NCBI GenBank assembly: GCA_951406725.2
Contig: OX597823.1
Coordinates: forward strand, 10,726,001-10,790,000
Length of the DNA stretch: 64,000 nt
Reading direction: 5' to 3'
Source of the DNA: Octopus vulgaris
Taxonomy: Eukaryota
Shown here one piece after another: positions 11,397 to 26,576 of the stretch (position 1 is its first letter; the number at the start of each line of letters is the position of its first letter). The notes beneath the pieces were generated by a model that saw nothing but the letters and a program-made list of their open reading frames with translations, had not been told where the DNA came from and did no database searches. Made by a program: the position numbers and the translations under genes.

Positions 11397-11798
11397 CTAG
11401 CAGTATCGCCCGGCGTTGCTCGGGTTTGTAAGGAAAATAACTATATAAGCATTTTTAGAGATGTAAAGTATAATAGCCATCTCAATATGGCTAACCACAA
11501 AGGGGGTGGTGTTACTGTAGCTTTTTACGTTCTGAGATTTAATAATAAATTTTTAGAGAGTTACTTCTCTTATATATGCCAAACATGCATTAAAAATGGG
11601 AAAAATTTATGGTAAATTTTTTTTTTAAATCGTAGACTCATCGTAGACGCGCGCTAATACCCAGAAGGGCTCGATATGAATCACGACTATAAGATACCCA
11701 CCCGGTTTTGGTTAAACTGCACCGCAAAATGTGGGAGTAGTTAGGAATCTAAATCGGAGGAGACAGACAGCACACAACCTCACTTTTATATATAAAGA
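11397..11798 (-). mobile_element. Non-autonomous Helitron
   Basis: Minus strand: A|TCTTTATATATAAAAG ... hairpin CCCGAGCAACGCCGGG ... CTAG|T; no TSD; three copies in the window. Confidence 0.85.
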
Positions 11799-12347
11799 TA
11801 TCCTTGTTAAGATGATACTTTATTTTCCCTTCTACAAATACGGGATAACATAAAGTAATGTTTAATGCGATAAAGCAAACGTTAGTTCATAATGGATCTG
11901 TAAACAAGTTAAAAAGCTAAATTATAGGATGCAGAAATATGTTCAAAGCAATGCAACTGATGGATTCTTAATGCCATAAAGCGATTTGGTAGAAATAGAA
12001 ACTCTCGTAAATCATAAAGGAAAGCCATACTGGATAACGAAAGCCTATATATAATACAACGCCTTTAATCATAGGTCAGCTTAAACAAAAATTACATACA
12101 GCAAATCAAGAACAATAACAATACACTACAAAAATAAACTAAATGACAACTAGGGATTATTTTCTCCAAATATATCCTGTCGAGGGAAAAGACGAGCATT
12201 CTATCTTAATGCTCATTAAAGTGAACATAGCCCGCATTACACTTAAGCATAGAATATCTCTCATAGCTTATAACAATAACAGTGACATCAGCAAATGACC
12301 ACAAGTCTACAAACTAAATAATAAACCTCATATAAAATTAATATATT

Positions 12348-12670
12348 ACGGAGATGTACTTGCATAGCAAGTGACCTGATCTGAGATCGTGTGCTGGAAC
12401 GAAAACAATTGCAGCGTGGAAGGTGTTTATAAGCCATTTAAGAAACACACAAAAACCGTTAGATTCACTTCAACGTTTAAATTTAATTTGTCAAAATATT
12501 TTCGTCGCTTTGAGACCGCGACCTATTCACTGCAGCACGGAGTTTTGTCAGTGAACAGTTCCCGGTCTCAAAGCGACGAAAATATTTTGACAAATTAAAT
12601 TTAAATGTTGAAGTGAATCTAACGGTTTTTGTGTGTTTCTTAAATGGCTTATAAACACCTTCTATGCTGC
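12348..12670. mobile_element. Fold-back Penelope-end-like insertion carrying two inverted hammerhead motifs
   Basis: ~124-bp inverted arms 12409-12532 and 12549-12672; 14-bp TSD AAAATTAATATATT at 12334-12347 and 12671-12684. Confidence 0.8.
12544..12594 (+). ncRNA. Type I hammerhead motif with swapped G3-C8 pair
   Basis: TTTGTCA-GTGAACA-G-TTCCC(GTCGC in the mirror copy)-GGTCTCAAA-GCGAC-GAAA-ATAT-TT^TGACAAA; mirror copy at 12487-12532 on the minus strand. Confidence 0.65.
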
Positions 12671-12690
12671 AAAATTAATATATTTAAATA

Positions 12691-12869
12691 GGTAATCGTT
12701 ATTATTTCGTATATTTTCATTTGTCTTGCTTATTTTTTACACTTTGGTTTTGTGCTGAATTTTTACTTGAGAACACATTTTTCGTGGAAAATAGCGATTT
12801 TAACGTCTTTGTGTGTAATAAATATTAATAATAAACGTATTTTGTGTGTAATAAATAATAACGATTACC
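12691..12869. mobile_element. Small MITE candidate
   Basis: Perfect 20-bp inverted repeat ATAGGTAATCGTTATTATTT (12688-12707 and 12853-12872), readable as GGTAATCG.. TIRs with a TA TSD. Confidence 0.55.
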
Positions 12870-13277
12870 TATGAAGTAAATTCTACCAGGTCATTCATCC
12901 TGTTACGAACAGCCAACTTTCATCAAATCACACCCCACTGTCTTTAAAAATAAAGAGAGAAAACACATTGCATGATGTAGTTCTGTCTTTAAAAGACAGA
13001 CTACTCACTACTGGGGCGCTTTTGAGGTGGTGCAGACACGAGCTCGATCAGAGCTAGCATGGCTAAGCTACAAGAACAACAACGACAACGGCAGCACATT
13101 GAGATGTAAACATGAAGCGTCATCACTCTGCATTTTACATTGGACTTTCAAGTATTAAACATTTTTCACCTGCAGACAATGTGTCTATACTGTACAAATA
13201 TCGTATCACGCTATATTACAGAGAGGAATTTAACTATAGCCTGAAAAAGAACAGAAATTCATATCACAACTTCATTA

Positions 13278-13480
13278 TACTCTTTTACTCGTTTCAGTCA
13301 TTTGACTGCGGCCATGCTGGAGCACCGATTTAGTCGAGCAAATCGACCCCGGTACTTATTCTTTTGTAAGCCCAGTACTTATTCTATCGGTCTCTTTTGC
13401 CGAACCGTTAGGTGACGGGGACGTAAACACACCAGCATCGGTTGTCAAGCAATGCTAGGGGGACAAATACAGACACACAA

Positions 13481-13537
<57 letters not shown>

Positions 13538-13703
13538 TACGACAGGCTTCTTTCAGTTTCCGTCTACCAAATCCACTCACAAGGCATTGGTCGGCCCGGG
13601 GCTATAGCAGAAGACACTTGCCCAAGATGCCACGCAGTGGGACTGAACCTGCAACCATGTGGTTGGTTAGCAAGCTACTTACCACACAGTCACTCCTGCG
13701 CCT
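13278..13703 (-). mobile_element. tRNA-derived SINE family C (internal TG/TA microsatellite)
   Basis: Head AGGCGCAGGAGTG.CTGTGTGGTAAG, box B GGTTCAGTCCC, CORE-like CTTGGGCAAGTGTCTT, tail AAAAGAGTA; at least 10 copies in the window. Confidence 0.9.
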
Positions 13704-14477
13704 ATACTGCACAATATACTGCACATGAAGTAATAGAAGATATGGTTAAAGTACATTTTATGGTTCTTTACATTTTAATTTCAAAACTTGTCAAGGCCGA
13801 GTTTGCTTCCCAGGTGTCTATGAAATAAAATAAGTCAAGTACCGAGATCGATATAATCAATTGTATCTGTCCCTTTGAACTTTAACCGTTGAGTACAAGC
13901 TCAAAGATTAAGATACAATAATAAAGTTTAACACAAGTAGTAAACAAGCTCTTGCTGGGTGACCTGTTGAAAGAGTTTCCTCTTTACGGAAATAAATCTG
14001 ATGTCAACGAACAGGCAACATTTAATGACAAGGGATAACCAAGATTTATTTCATTTAGAACTGGGTTCTCGAACGTCTGGAAATACAGGTGTACTTTTTT
14101 TTAATAACATGTTAATAGGAAAAGCCTTTCAACATACATACACACAAAACAAACACCATACACATATTACAATCAGTTGTATGCTCAAAATTTTCGTTTC
14201 ACAACTATGAGGCTTCATTACCGAGGAGTGAGTTGGGTCAATGTCCTCACTCATAGTCTTGGACCCACCAGCGATCTGTGAATTAAATTTATTGGACAGA
14301 AACTGTTTGGAAGCCTATCAGATTACCTACTGCGTTCCTTACGTAGTAAACTTAATCAGTAGTTCTGTTGAAGTCCCTTGGGAGCCTTCAAAAGACGTCC
14401 ACTTTGTTAGGAGAATGCAAGTCAAGACTACAGTTTGTTGACAAAAACAAAAAAGAATAAGGAGCAAATATATAATA

Positions 14478-14874
14478 CTAGAAGTATCGCCCGGCGTTGC
14501 TCGGGTTTGTAAGGGAAATAACTATATAAGCATTTCTAGAGAGTTATAGCAAAAAGATAGCAAAAAAATGCATTAAAATGGAAAACAAATGATGGTAAAT
14601 TTTTTTTTTAATCGTTGACTCATCGTAGACATTTTAGAGAGTTACTTCCCTTATATAATAGCGAAAATAATGCATTAAAATGGAAAAAAATGGTGGTAAT
14701 TTTTTTTTAAAATCGTAGACTCATCGTAGACGCGCGCTAATACCTAGAAGGGTTCTATATGAATCACGACTATAAGATACCCGGTTTTGGTTAAACTGCA
14801 CCGCAAAATGTGGGAGTAGTTAGGAATCTAAATCGTAGGAGACAGACACACAACTTCTCTTTTATATATAAAGA
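14478..14874 (-). mobile_element. Non-autonomous Helitron (copy 2)
   Basis: Same 5' TC and 3' hairpin-CTAG termini as 11397; internal duplication. Confidence 0.85.
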
Positions 14875-14929
14875 TATTCATAGATATACACACGCATGCA
14901 TACATTTCAGACATGTATGCATACATACA

Positions 14930-15008
<79 letters not shown>

Positions 15009-15094
15009 AGAATTCACACAAAAAAAGACGAAGACAGGTGGTGTAGACAACAAGCAGCTGTATTAGTTTAACGCTTGGGAAGTAAAAAAAAAGT

Positions 15095-15130
15095 ATTTAA
15101 CGTTTCGAGCCTACGCTCCTTCACAGAAAG
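15095..15130 (-). ncRNA. Degenerate minimal hammerhead motif
   Basis: Minus strand: CTTT-CTGTGAAG-GAGC GTAG GCTC-GAAA-CG-TT^AAAT; core altered. Confidence 0.45.
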
Positions 15131-15534
15131 GAACACAGAAAGAGACAAGGAGAGAAAATAAAGAATGTGTAGTGGCTAGCGATCTATCATGGCGAATGCC
15201 GGACTGAGAAATCACACAGGAGAGCCAAGGCGAGATAATAAAGTAGTGGTGATCCCAAAACGAAGGTGCACGTGCGTATGTATAAGAGAGCATATATGTG
15301 CGTGTGTGTATGTGTAGGTGTGTGGGTGGGTGTGCATGTGTATTCACGTTTAGGTGTGGGGCTGGGAAGTGGTCAGTGCTAGTGTGTGCGTGGTGGTGTG
15401 ATGTGATGTGGTATTGTGTGGTATGGTGGTGCATGGTATAGTAAATCCAAAAAAAAAGAACACAAACAAGAAAAAAAACAACGGGAAGATGTGGTACATG
15501 GAAAGTATTAGAAGACGCGCAGGGAAAGGAAATG

Positions 15535-15569
15535 GTTTTACGTTTCGAGCAAAGCTCTTCTTCAGAAAC
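15535..15569 (-). ncRNA. Minimal type I hammerhead ribozyme motif (canonical core)
   Basis: Minus strand: GTTT-CTGAAGA-A-GAGC TTT GCTC-GAAA-CG-TA^AAAC; stem III is the palindrome ACGT. Confidence 0.8.
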
Positions 15570-15694
15570 GGGAGACAGAGGAAAGTCCAAGAAGAAAGGA
15601 GGACGGAGGAAAAAATCGCCAACAATTCAAATTTGGTTACATTAGCATTAATTAATAATAGGAGATGAATATCGTGACATCAGATATTAATATA

Positions 15695-15761
<67 letters not shown>

Positions 15762-15925
15762 TAGGTGCAGGACTGGCTGTTAGGTAAGTAGCTTGCTTAC
15801 CAACCACATGGTTCCTGATTCAGTCCCACTACGTGGCACCTTGGGCAAGTGGCTTCTGCTATCGTCTCGGGCCGACCAAAGCCTTCTGCGTGGATTTGGT
15901 AGACAGAAACTGAAAGCGGTCCGTC

Positions 15926-16444
<519 letters not shown>

Positions 16445-16448
16445 ATGC

Positions 16449-16905
<457 letters not shown>

Positions 16906-17267
16906 ATATATATATATATATATATATAATATATATATATGTATATGCATGTATGTATATATAAAGTAAAAAGTAAAAGAGTCAAAAGGAAGAGTAAGTA
17001 CATCTCAATTATATATGTGTGTGTGTGTGTGTGCATGTGTGTGTGTGTATTTGTGTGTGTGTATTTGTGTGTGTGTGTGTGTGTTTCTGCCTCTGTGTTT
17101 CACCCCCACATTCGCTTGACAACGATGCTGGTGTGTTTACCTCCCCATAACTTAGCAGTTCAGCAAAAGAATAAGTCCTGCGATCGATTTGTTCGACTAA
17201 AGGCGGTGCTCTAGCATGGCCGCAGTCAAATGACTGAGCCAAATAAAAGAATACAAGAATAAACGAA

Positions 17268-17312
<45 letters not shown>

Positions 17313-17424
17313 AGAGAGAGAGAGAGAGGGAGAGATAATAGATCGATAGCTAGATATACATATATACATACATTAATACATACATACATACATACATACA
17401 TACATACATACATACATACATACA

Positions 17425-17500
<76 letters not shown>

Positions 17501-18660
17501 TATATATATATACATATATACATAAAATATGCAGGTGAATATAAAATGACTGCTTTCTTTTCGGTATCAAAAATGAATATACAAATGTTCAATCAAAGAC
17601 TTTCTTATTCAATTGGTGAGTAATGTAGCTGAGTATTCCACAGACATCTGTAATCTTAATGCATTTCTCGAGCAGAACCTTTATGTTAGAATGCGTAACA
17701 AAGCGAAATGATTAGATTCCGTCCAACTGGCTTCTGAACGAGTCACTTCGATCCATTCTCACCAATATTGTTTGAGCCAACCTGACACCGTTGCAACTCA
17801 GTGGAAATTAACTCGGTATCTCATTATTGTAAAGTAAATATCGTAACTGCTTGGCCACGCTCTTTGCCCATTTGAAAATACATTCTTACATAAGTATTAC
17901 ACATATATAATTATATGTGGTGGCGTGTAGTTTAGTGGTTATGATGTTGCGCTTGTGATCTTAACATTGTGGTTTCGATTCGTGGTCCAGACAATACTTT
18001 ATATCTTGTTGCTCCAGTTTACTCATCTGGCAACAATACGCAATCCTGTGACGAACCAACGTCCCATCCAGTTGGGAAATATACACGCTACAGCATCCTG
18101 CCTAAAGAGTCAATGGCTCAAAAAGGACCTTTGATCATTTGTCATATTTGCGAATACATATAAAGCGATAATGCATAAAACGTCAGTATATATATATGTG
18201 TTTGTATGAATGTGTGTGTGTGTTTGTTTGTGTTTGTCGGTGTGTATGTGTTTGTATGTGTGTGTTAATTAAGACCTCAAACAACTAGAGGTTGTTAAAC
18301 TTCAACATGTCATAAACATAGCAGTAAATTCAGTGAAAGAAGCTTAAATGTATACACATTATCGGTACAAATGATCCTTATGAGAAACGCATATTTAGAA
18401 TAATAGGCAGGCGAGTATAAATTTCATTGTTAGAGCTTATTTTATTTAAATTCAACATCTGTTTCATTAGGAATACGCATAAGTATTTCTATAATTACGT
18501 AATTAAGATACATAATAAATGAAAATTGATATAAATTCATTTAAAGCAAAGCTTATTCAAACCACCGGGAATACAACCGGCTACGCGAACTAATTGTATT
18601 TATTTATGTATGTATGTGTTTATATATACATACATATAATATAACTCTATATTATGGAAA

Positions 18661-18811
18661 ATTCCGCCGAGGTCGACTTTGCCTTTCATCCTTTCGGGGT
18701 CGAGAAATAAAGTACCAGTTTCTCACTGGGGTCGATGCAATTGACTTAATCCGTTTGTCTATGCTTGTTTGTCCCTTCTATGTTTAGCCCCTTGTGGGTA
18801 GTAAAGAAATA
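18661..18811 (+). mobile_element. 5'-truncated SINE family A
   Basis: Core and tail; TSD TATATTATGGAAA. Confidence 0.88.
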
Positions 18812-19484
18812 TATATATTATGGAAATGATGTAATTCACTTAATATTTCAATACACACAGGGCGATGAAATGAGTATCGGGTTAAAAATGAAAACAACAT
18901 TCGTTTTTAAAGTATGACGGACAATCCAAGAAAATCTACATTGGGCTAGTTACATAGGAAATGTTTATGATAACCTTCATCAATAACATTCATCTTTATT
19001 CAACATCGATTTCCAAATCTATAATATACTTACTCCGTTCTAATTTTAGAGCTGGTGAGCAATGATTCTTTCCCGCCAATAAGTCAGTAAACGAATTATT
19101 TTAGGATTTCGAGCTTAACTTCATGCTAGACAAACACAAGCAATTCCTGATGTAGAGGAATATATTTTACAAGTTGGATGTATATTTGCTATGCTGCACC
19201 CGGCAATCGCGTAGAGATTGCTCTTCTGAATTAGACGGTAAATATACATGGAGAATTGAATTAGGAACACTTAGTAACAACATCAGCAGCAGCAGCAACA
19301 TGGACGACAGATACTTATGGGAGACAGACAAGATCAATGTAAAGTTCTTTCAATCAGTTGAATAGAAATTATCTGTGGGATAATTGCATTTAAGTTCATT
19401 GAAAAGACATAAAAAAAAAATAAATAACTGTATTTCCTGCATGTTAAAATCATATAAATAATATCGCCAAACAAATGGTAGACA

Positions 19485-20330
<846 letters not shown>

Positions 20331-20934
20331 GTATTCCTTTGTAGTTATATATGATGTGTGTGAGATGAGATTGTGTGGTTTATGCTGTTGATTATGTGAG
20401 TAAGAAAGGGGTGTTTGGTCGACTTCCAAGTTTTTATATTTTGCCACCAGACAGAAATATCTATGGAAGCATGTATTTGAAATAATTGTTGACCTGGAAG
20501 TCTTTGAGTGGTGCAAGGGTTCATTGGTGAGTCATACATTACATTGATTCCCCAGGGAAAAGGCGGAATCGATCAGAATATTTGGCTGATATATAGTGGA
20601 AGGTTGAACAAATGTTTCAATTAGTTTACATTTATGTATGTCTATTTAACTATTTGTCTAGCAAAGTGATAGTTTTTAATGTTCTAACAACAAATCAAGA
20701 ATAATAATTGTTTCTAACATAGGCACAAGGCCAGCGATTTTGTAGGAACGGCTTATTTGATTATATACTGTCCTCATTACTCCACTGGTACTTATTTTAT
20801 TAAGCTCTTGATGACTTCAATTTCGATGTAAGACAAGGGTGTGTCTCAGACGTATGTATCGACCCCCAACTGACTGGCATTTGTATATTTTCAATCGTCT
20901 ACTGAGCAGAAAATCCTTAGGTCGTTTGTAGCCC

Positions 20935-21330
20935 TCAAAATCTACAACCTGGCTTTTTGCCCTCTAACGTCACTATCAAAACGGAGCCATTTGGAAATCC
21001 GGTCAGGACGGAAATAGCTCCCAATTCCCAATTCATTCGCATTAATAGATCCATGCCTCTATAACCCAAACAGTTTTCTTGGAGCATCTGGTGCACTTCC
21101 GAAGGTGCCTTATCTTCGTCAACGGGCCAGACATCCATCACCAACCACCAGATACGTATTACTACTAACATATCTATCAGGCTCACTTTCACAACTCGTT
21201 TGTCTATATATGATGGCATATGAACTCTTCATTGTTAACTGGGGCTGTGGGAAAATTCTTCGTTTCGAATTCAGACACAAATTTAACATCATGACGAAAG
21301 TTGTTTTGTTTCCACATAGGCCCCAGACAA
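20935..21330 (-). pseudogene. Possible LINE ORF1/gag-like remnant
   Basis: MPSYIDKRVVKVSL...LIVTLEGKKPGC resembles the region preceding ORF1 zinc knuckles; heavily degenerate. Confidence 0.3.
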
Positions 21331-21336
21331 CTTTCT

Positions 21337-21556
21337 TATTTCTTTACTGCCCACAAGGGGCTACGCAGAGAGGACAAACGGATTAAGTCGATTATATCGA
21401 CCCCAGTGCGTAACTGGTACTTATTTAATCAACCCCGTAAAGATGAAAGGCAAAGTTGACCTCGGCAGAATTTGAACTCAGAACTTAGCGGCAGACGAAA
21501 TACTGCTAAGCATTTCATCCGGCGTGCTAACGTTTCGGCCAGTTCGCTGCCTTATA
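21337..21556 (-). mobile_element. SINE family A
   Basis: Head, core and tail; TSD ACAACTTTCT. Confidence 0.88.
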
Positions 21557-22245
21557 ACACAACTTTCTGTCTGCCTTTGGCTGTTTCTTTGAACCTGCAC
21601 AACATAACGGTACCACTAGGTTTACTTTTCTTCCACTCCTTTTTAAGGTACTAATTCCCTTTCTTTTATTACTTTTCTCTGCGACTCAAGTCTTTCTGTG
21701 ACGCAAGCTGCGTTGTCAAAGGATCTTGTTGGTTAAAATACCTCTGTGTTGTGGCAACTCTGACTTGATTCGGTGATGGATTTGACGGCTGTAGTGGAAA
21801 GACCATTTGTGGTTGTGTTATTGGTTATCGTTACTACAAGGATTGCGTGTTCATAGATGTCTGCTGCTACGGTGGCGTAGTGGTGGTGGTTGATGGTGGC
21901 AGTGATAGTACTGCTATGACTACTGAACTTTGAGGTGACCTAGCGACGGCGGTGTTGTTGTTTTTTGTTAGGTGTTTTTGTGCTTGCAGCTGTTGTGGTT
22001 GCTGCTGTTTGTGTTGTTGCCGTTACTCTCATGTGCTGAGGTGGTTTTGGTGGCGGCGGAGGGGGTGGGTTGTGTTTGGCAGATTGTTTTTATTGTTCTT
22101 GTAGTTCTTTTTTTGTGTGTATGGTATGTTGTCCGTGTTGGACTACATGTAGGGTTAACAGCAGGAATAGCGAAATGAAATTCTGGGAAATAATTCTCGT
22201 AGTCGTTGTTCGAATAGTCAACCATATCTAATATTTTCGGCGCCA

Positions 22246-22679
22246 TACTCTTTCTCTTTTTACTCTTTTACTTGTTTCAGTCATTTGACTGCGGCCATGT
22301 TGGAGCACCGCCTTTAGTCGAGCAAATCGACCCCGGGACTTATTCTTTGTAAGCCCAGTACTTATTCTATCGGTCTCTTTTGCCGAACCGCTAATTGACG
22401 GGGACGTAAACACACCAGCATCGGTTGTCAAGCAATGCTAGGGGGACAAACACAGAGATACAAACACACACACACACACACCCACATAAATATATATATA
22501 CATATATATGACAGGTTTCTTTCAGTTTCCGTCTACCAAATCCACTCACAAGGCATTGGTCGGCCCGGGTCTATAGCAGGAGACACTTGCCCAAGATGTC
22601 ACGCAGTGGGACTGAACCCGGAACCATGTGATTGGTTAGCAGTTAGCAAGCTACTTACCACACAACCACTCCTGCGCCT
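22246..22679 (-). mobile_element. SINE family C
   Basis: Full-length match to the 13278 copy. Confidence 0.9.
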
Positions 22680-22769
22680 ATGTTTGTCTTCTTTAATAAT
22701 CTTTGTCTTTATATTGTTGTGTCAGTATCAGGTATCGCAAGTGAGGTTTTTTTTAAATATGTAATCCAA

Positions 22770-23640
22770 CGATGTCCGGTCTCACTGGCCCAGCTGGTTT
22801 TTCTCTTGTCGGTGAACTTTTACCGTGTCCTTATCTGCAGGGCTCTCCACAACACAACTGAACCTACTGCGATCGGGACGCGCGAGGTGGCCTACGCAGT
22901 ATGGATCCAGCTCGGCCGGCCCGTGTCCCGCTGATGTTCATCCACTTCTCACTTGTGCAGAGTCTTGTCCTCTCAACAGAAATGGGACGTCATCCAGTGA
23001 AGCATCATTTCGGACGAATTAGTGCGTCGACTTGACCAGCACCGTCTCGGAGCCTCACAGCGGAGGCTGACATAATGCGGTGACATCATTTGCAACTGAC
23101 ACTCAGCTTGATAGCGACTGTTTGAGCATCGGCGTTGTCCTGAGGATTGGTATCCAGATCAGTGAGCCCTACAAATGCCGCTGCGAATCCATTGTGAGTT
23201 CTTTCGGCCTCCACCCATTGCCATACCATTATGGTGCTCGCTGCCTTCACGCCATGCCACCCTCAACGAAATCATAATCATGGCCTAAACGCTATCCCAG
23301 TATATCCCAGCTAAAGTCAGCAGGGATACACTGTGGTGGCGGTAAAAGGCGTGACGTTAGGCCAATATTCCCGTTCCATGGCGGTAGGCCCCTCATCTGG
23401 AATGCCACCAGCTATGATACCTTATTGAGCGGAAACTTGTTGTCAGCTATCAGTCCAGGCTCCGCTGCTGTCCGGACTAAGAAAAGTAAACTGTCAAAGT
23501 ATCGGCCGCTTTCTGACAGGTTTATGGTCGAGCCTGTGGCAGTGAAGACTATCCGCATGCGGGATCCCCGTGAGTCAGAGTAGCTGTTCCTGCGCATCTT
23601 TCTCGCCTTCTGCAACGCAATACCTTCTCCATCTCGTCTG
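22770..23640 (+). pseudogene. CRE-clade (RLE) non-LTR retrotransposon C-terminal remnant
   Basis: EPHSGG*..LRIGIQISEPYKCRC..FGLHPL..RHATLNEII..GGKRRD..PFHGGRPLIWNATSYDTL..GSAA..SKLSKYRPL..EPVAVKT..DPRES; frameshifted. Confidence 0.7.
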
Positions 23641-24105
23641 CTGGGGCCTTCGGACGATCGTAATAATAGGAAGTCGAGAGAATGTAGGTTTTTCGTAGCT
23701 TACTACACGAACTATACACTTATGCAATCCCGCTAATACACAATGGTTTATTTTGTAATAAACTAATAAAAGGCCTAAAGATTGAAGATCTTGGTGAAGT
23801 AGCGCAAGCACGGTTCAGTAGTTTAGAGGCTTACTTCATTCAAACTACATGGCATTGGATTCTATTCCAGCGCACGGCACCTTGGGTAAGTATCTTCGAC
23901 CATCCCCTTGAGTCAGCCAAAACTTTGTGACTTGACTGTGGTAGACATCAAATGAAACTACTCTTCCGAAGAACAGTTTAACTTCATGGCTAACAGCTTT
24001 TATCTATTACTCTGTTGAACACGACCATTACACTCAATGACAACAAAACCTGTCATAATGCATTCTGCTGCAAGTACTGCTATCCATTTTATAATATCAT
24101 AATAC

Positions 24106-24300
24106 AAGGTGGCGAGGGGCCAGAATCGTGAGCACGCCGGGCAAAATGCTTAGCGGCATTTCGTCCGTCTTTACGTTTTTGAGTTCAAATTCTGCAGAGA
24201 TGAACTTTGGGTCGATAAAATAAGTACCAGTGAAACATTGAGGTCAATGTAATCGATTCACCCCTTGTTCCGAGATGGCCTTGTGCTAAAATTTGAAACC
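24106..24300 (+). mobile_element. Older SINE A-related copy
   Basis: Diverged head and core; tail GGCCTTGTGCTAAAATTTGAAACC. Confidence 0.75.
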
Positions 24301-25630
24301 ATTATATCTCAATACAATACGTAGCATAATTTCAGAGTATCATACATAATGCACTCACATAGTATCGTAATACTCTCTATTGCAGGATGCGATCTCTAGT
24401 ATAAAAATAATTTCATTACTTCGGCCATTCTTAGGGATCTTAAAATGGGTTGTGGGGTCGCATTTTCACTACTAAATGAGGAGAAGTAAAAAGAAAAAAA
24501 AACCTAATGGAGTATGACACAATAGCATATTAAAAGCCCTCTCTCCATTTCGATGTTTTGAGTTTGGTTCCTACTTATGACGGCATCGTTTTCATCCCCT
24601 CCACAGTTTTTCCCTTTTTTTCTGTTGTAGCATTTATTGTGCATCAGTGCAGGGCCAGTCCTGTTTTTGAATTTTTGCTATCGATTTATTGTTTTCGGTG
24701 GTGCTTCATTCCGGCTAACATCAAGGGTTTATCATTGTTAGTAAGATCCTGTTAACCTTGTTTCCTTCTCTGTTGGAGACCAGTAGTAAGAGAGAATTTC
24801 AACTCAGAATGAAAAAAACAGAACAGATACCGCAGCACATCCCATCCGACTCGACATATTAACAATTCCGCCAATGTACCACACTAGACTGATACTGAGC
24901 CTCTCGAACCCGAAAGGATGAAAAGTTGACCTGCCGGAACGAATATCACAAATTATTTTATCCGACATCATAATGAATCTGTTAATTCACCGCTTTGCCC
25001 ATTCTTGCTCTGTACTGAGACAGATTTCATCGACGATACGTCTTCGGTAGTAACGTCTGCTCTCGTTTGGCCTCACGCCAGTGTTTTAATTCAGTTTGAT
25101 GATGCTTCCATCTCTAATACTGGCACAGAACCAGAAGTTCTGCGAGTGAGGAATATTGAATTTAATCCCCCCGCTGTATTTCACTGGTACTCATTAACAT
25201 CGTACATACTAAAAAGAAGAGCATTATGGAGTCACCCAATCTACCAGAAATAGTAGCTAAGTTCCTTCAAATTTCGTCCGACTGCCTCAACGAATGAAAC
25301 AAGATGGAAGACAATTATGGTCATAAATTAAAATGGTCAATTAAAACGACCAATACTGATCTATGACTGAAACAACAAAAACAATAACGACTGGTTGTCG
25401 TTTCAGATGCCCGCGAAAGAATCACAGGTAGTCATTTTTTGTGAAATACGAACTGTGAACTTTGTAGGACATAACTAAATAAAACATTGCACTCAATACA
25501 GAGATCCACCTATTCTGACATCCAACGGTCTATTAATAACAAAGATGGAGTCTCCTACCGAAAACGGCGTATTAGCATTCAGTCCAGTCTTAGCCGAACA
25601 ACCTGCACAGATGATTTCGATTTATACAAT

Positions 25631-25849
25631 TACTCTCTTTTACTCTTCTACTCTTTTACTTGTTTCAGTCATTTGACTGCGGTCATGCTGGAGCACCGCC
25701 TTTAGTCGAGCAACTCGACCCCGGGACTTATTCTTTTGTAAGCCCAGTACTTATTCTATCGGTCTCTTTTGCCGAACCGCTAAGTAACGGGGACATAAAC
25801 ACACCAGCATCGGTTGTCAAGCAATGCTAGGGGGACAAACACAGACACA

Positions 25850-25923
<74 letters not shown>

Positions 25924-26078
25924 TACGACGGGCTTCTTTCAGCTTCCGTCTACCAAATCCACTCACAAGGCTTTGGTCGGCCCGAAGCTATAGCAGAAGA
26001 CACTTGCCCAAGGTGCCACGCAGTGTGACTGAACCCGGAACCATGTGGTTGGTAAACCACACAGCCACTCCTGCGCCT
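25631..26078 (-). mobile_element. SINE family C
   Basis: Full-length. Confidence 0.9.
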
Positions 26079-26540
26079 TAATACATAAAAATTGAAATTA
26101 GAATTAGAATTAATATTAAAATTAAAATGTTAATTTCAATTTTTATGTATTAATTGTATTAATCGAATTATATTTTCTACATAATTAATGACAATATGTA
26201 TTTGAATCAACTCTTCGATTTAAGTTTTTTCCTCGATTTTTATAATTTATATTGAACTCCTTTATTTTGTTTTGCTTATTTGGTTTATCGCTTGCCTATG
26301 ACCGTTATTTGAAAGGACCAATGAAACAAATCCATTTTTAAAGGTGCATCGTTTAGCTAGTTTTGATCAAATTGTTATTTCGGTTCTATTTTAACAAAAA
26401 CTGTCCGACGAATGGGAACGTGAAACTCCGAGTAACAGCTTTTGTTATATTTCTGGTGCTTTTAAATAAAACATATTACTCTACCTCTGGTATTTGAGTA
26501 CTCTTTTTTCCACCTTCTTTCACATTTATGTGCTTACCCC

Positions 26541-26543
<3 letters not shown>
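26078..26543 (+). mobile_element. Penelope-end-like element with hammerhead (family H3)
   Basis: Starts with a 23-bp perfect inverted repeat (26078-26100 and 26131-26153); ends at (TA)n; HHR segment shared with 52660-52730. Confidence 0.6.
26401..26438 (+). ncRNA. Minimal type I hammerhead motif (U4C core)
   Basis: CTGT-CCGACGA-ATG GGAA CGT-GAAA-CTCCGAG-TA^ACAG. Confidence 0.7.

Positions 26544-26571
<28 letters not shown>

Positions 26572-26576
<5 letters not shown>

Larger units (their letters stand above)
15006..15625 (-). mobile_element. Two adjacent hammerhead-bearing Penelope-end-like elements (H1 15006-~15435, H2 ~15440-15625)
   Basis: H1 is homologous to 36757 and 52808; H2 is homologous to 26572; abuts (TA)n at 14958-15005. 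Confidence 0.7.

Noticed and set aside
19174-19365. Short non-repetitive ORF, possible first exon (MDDRYLWETDKIN)
   Set aside because: Weak donor (GTAAAG) and no recognisable homology
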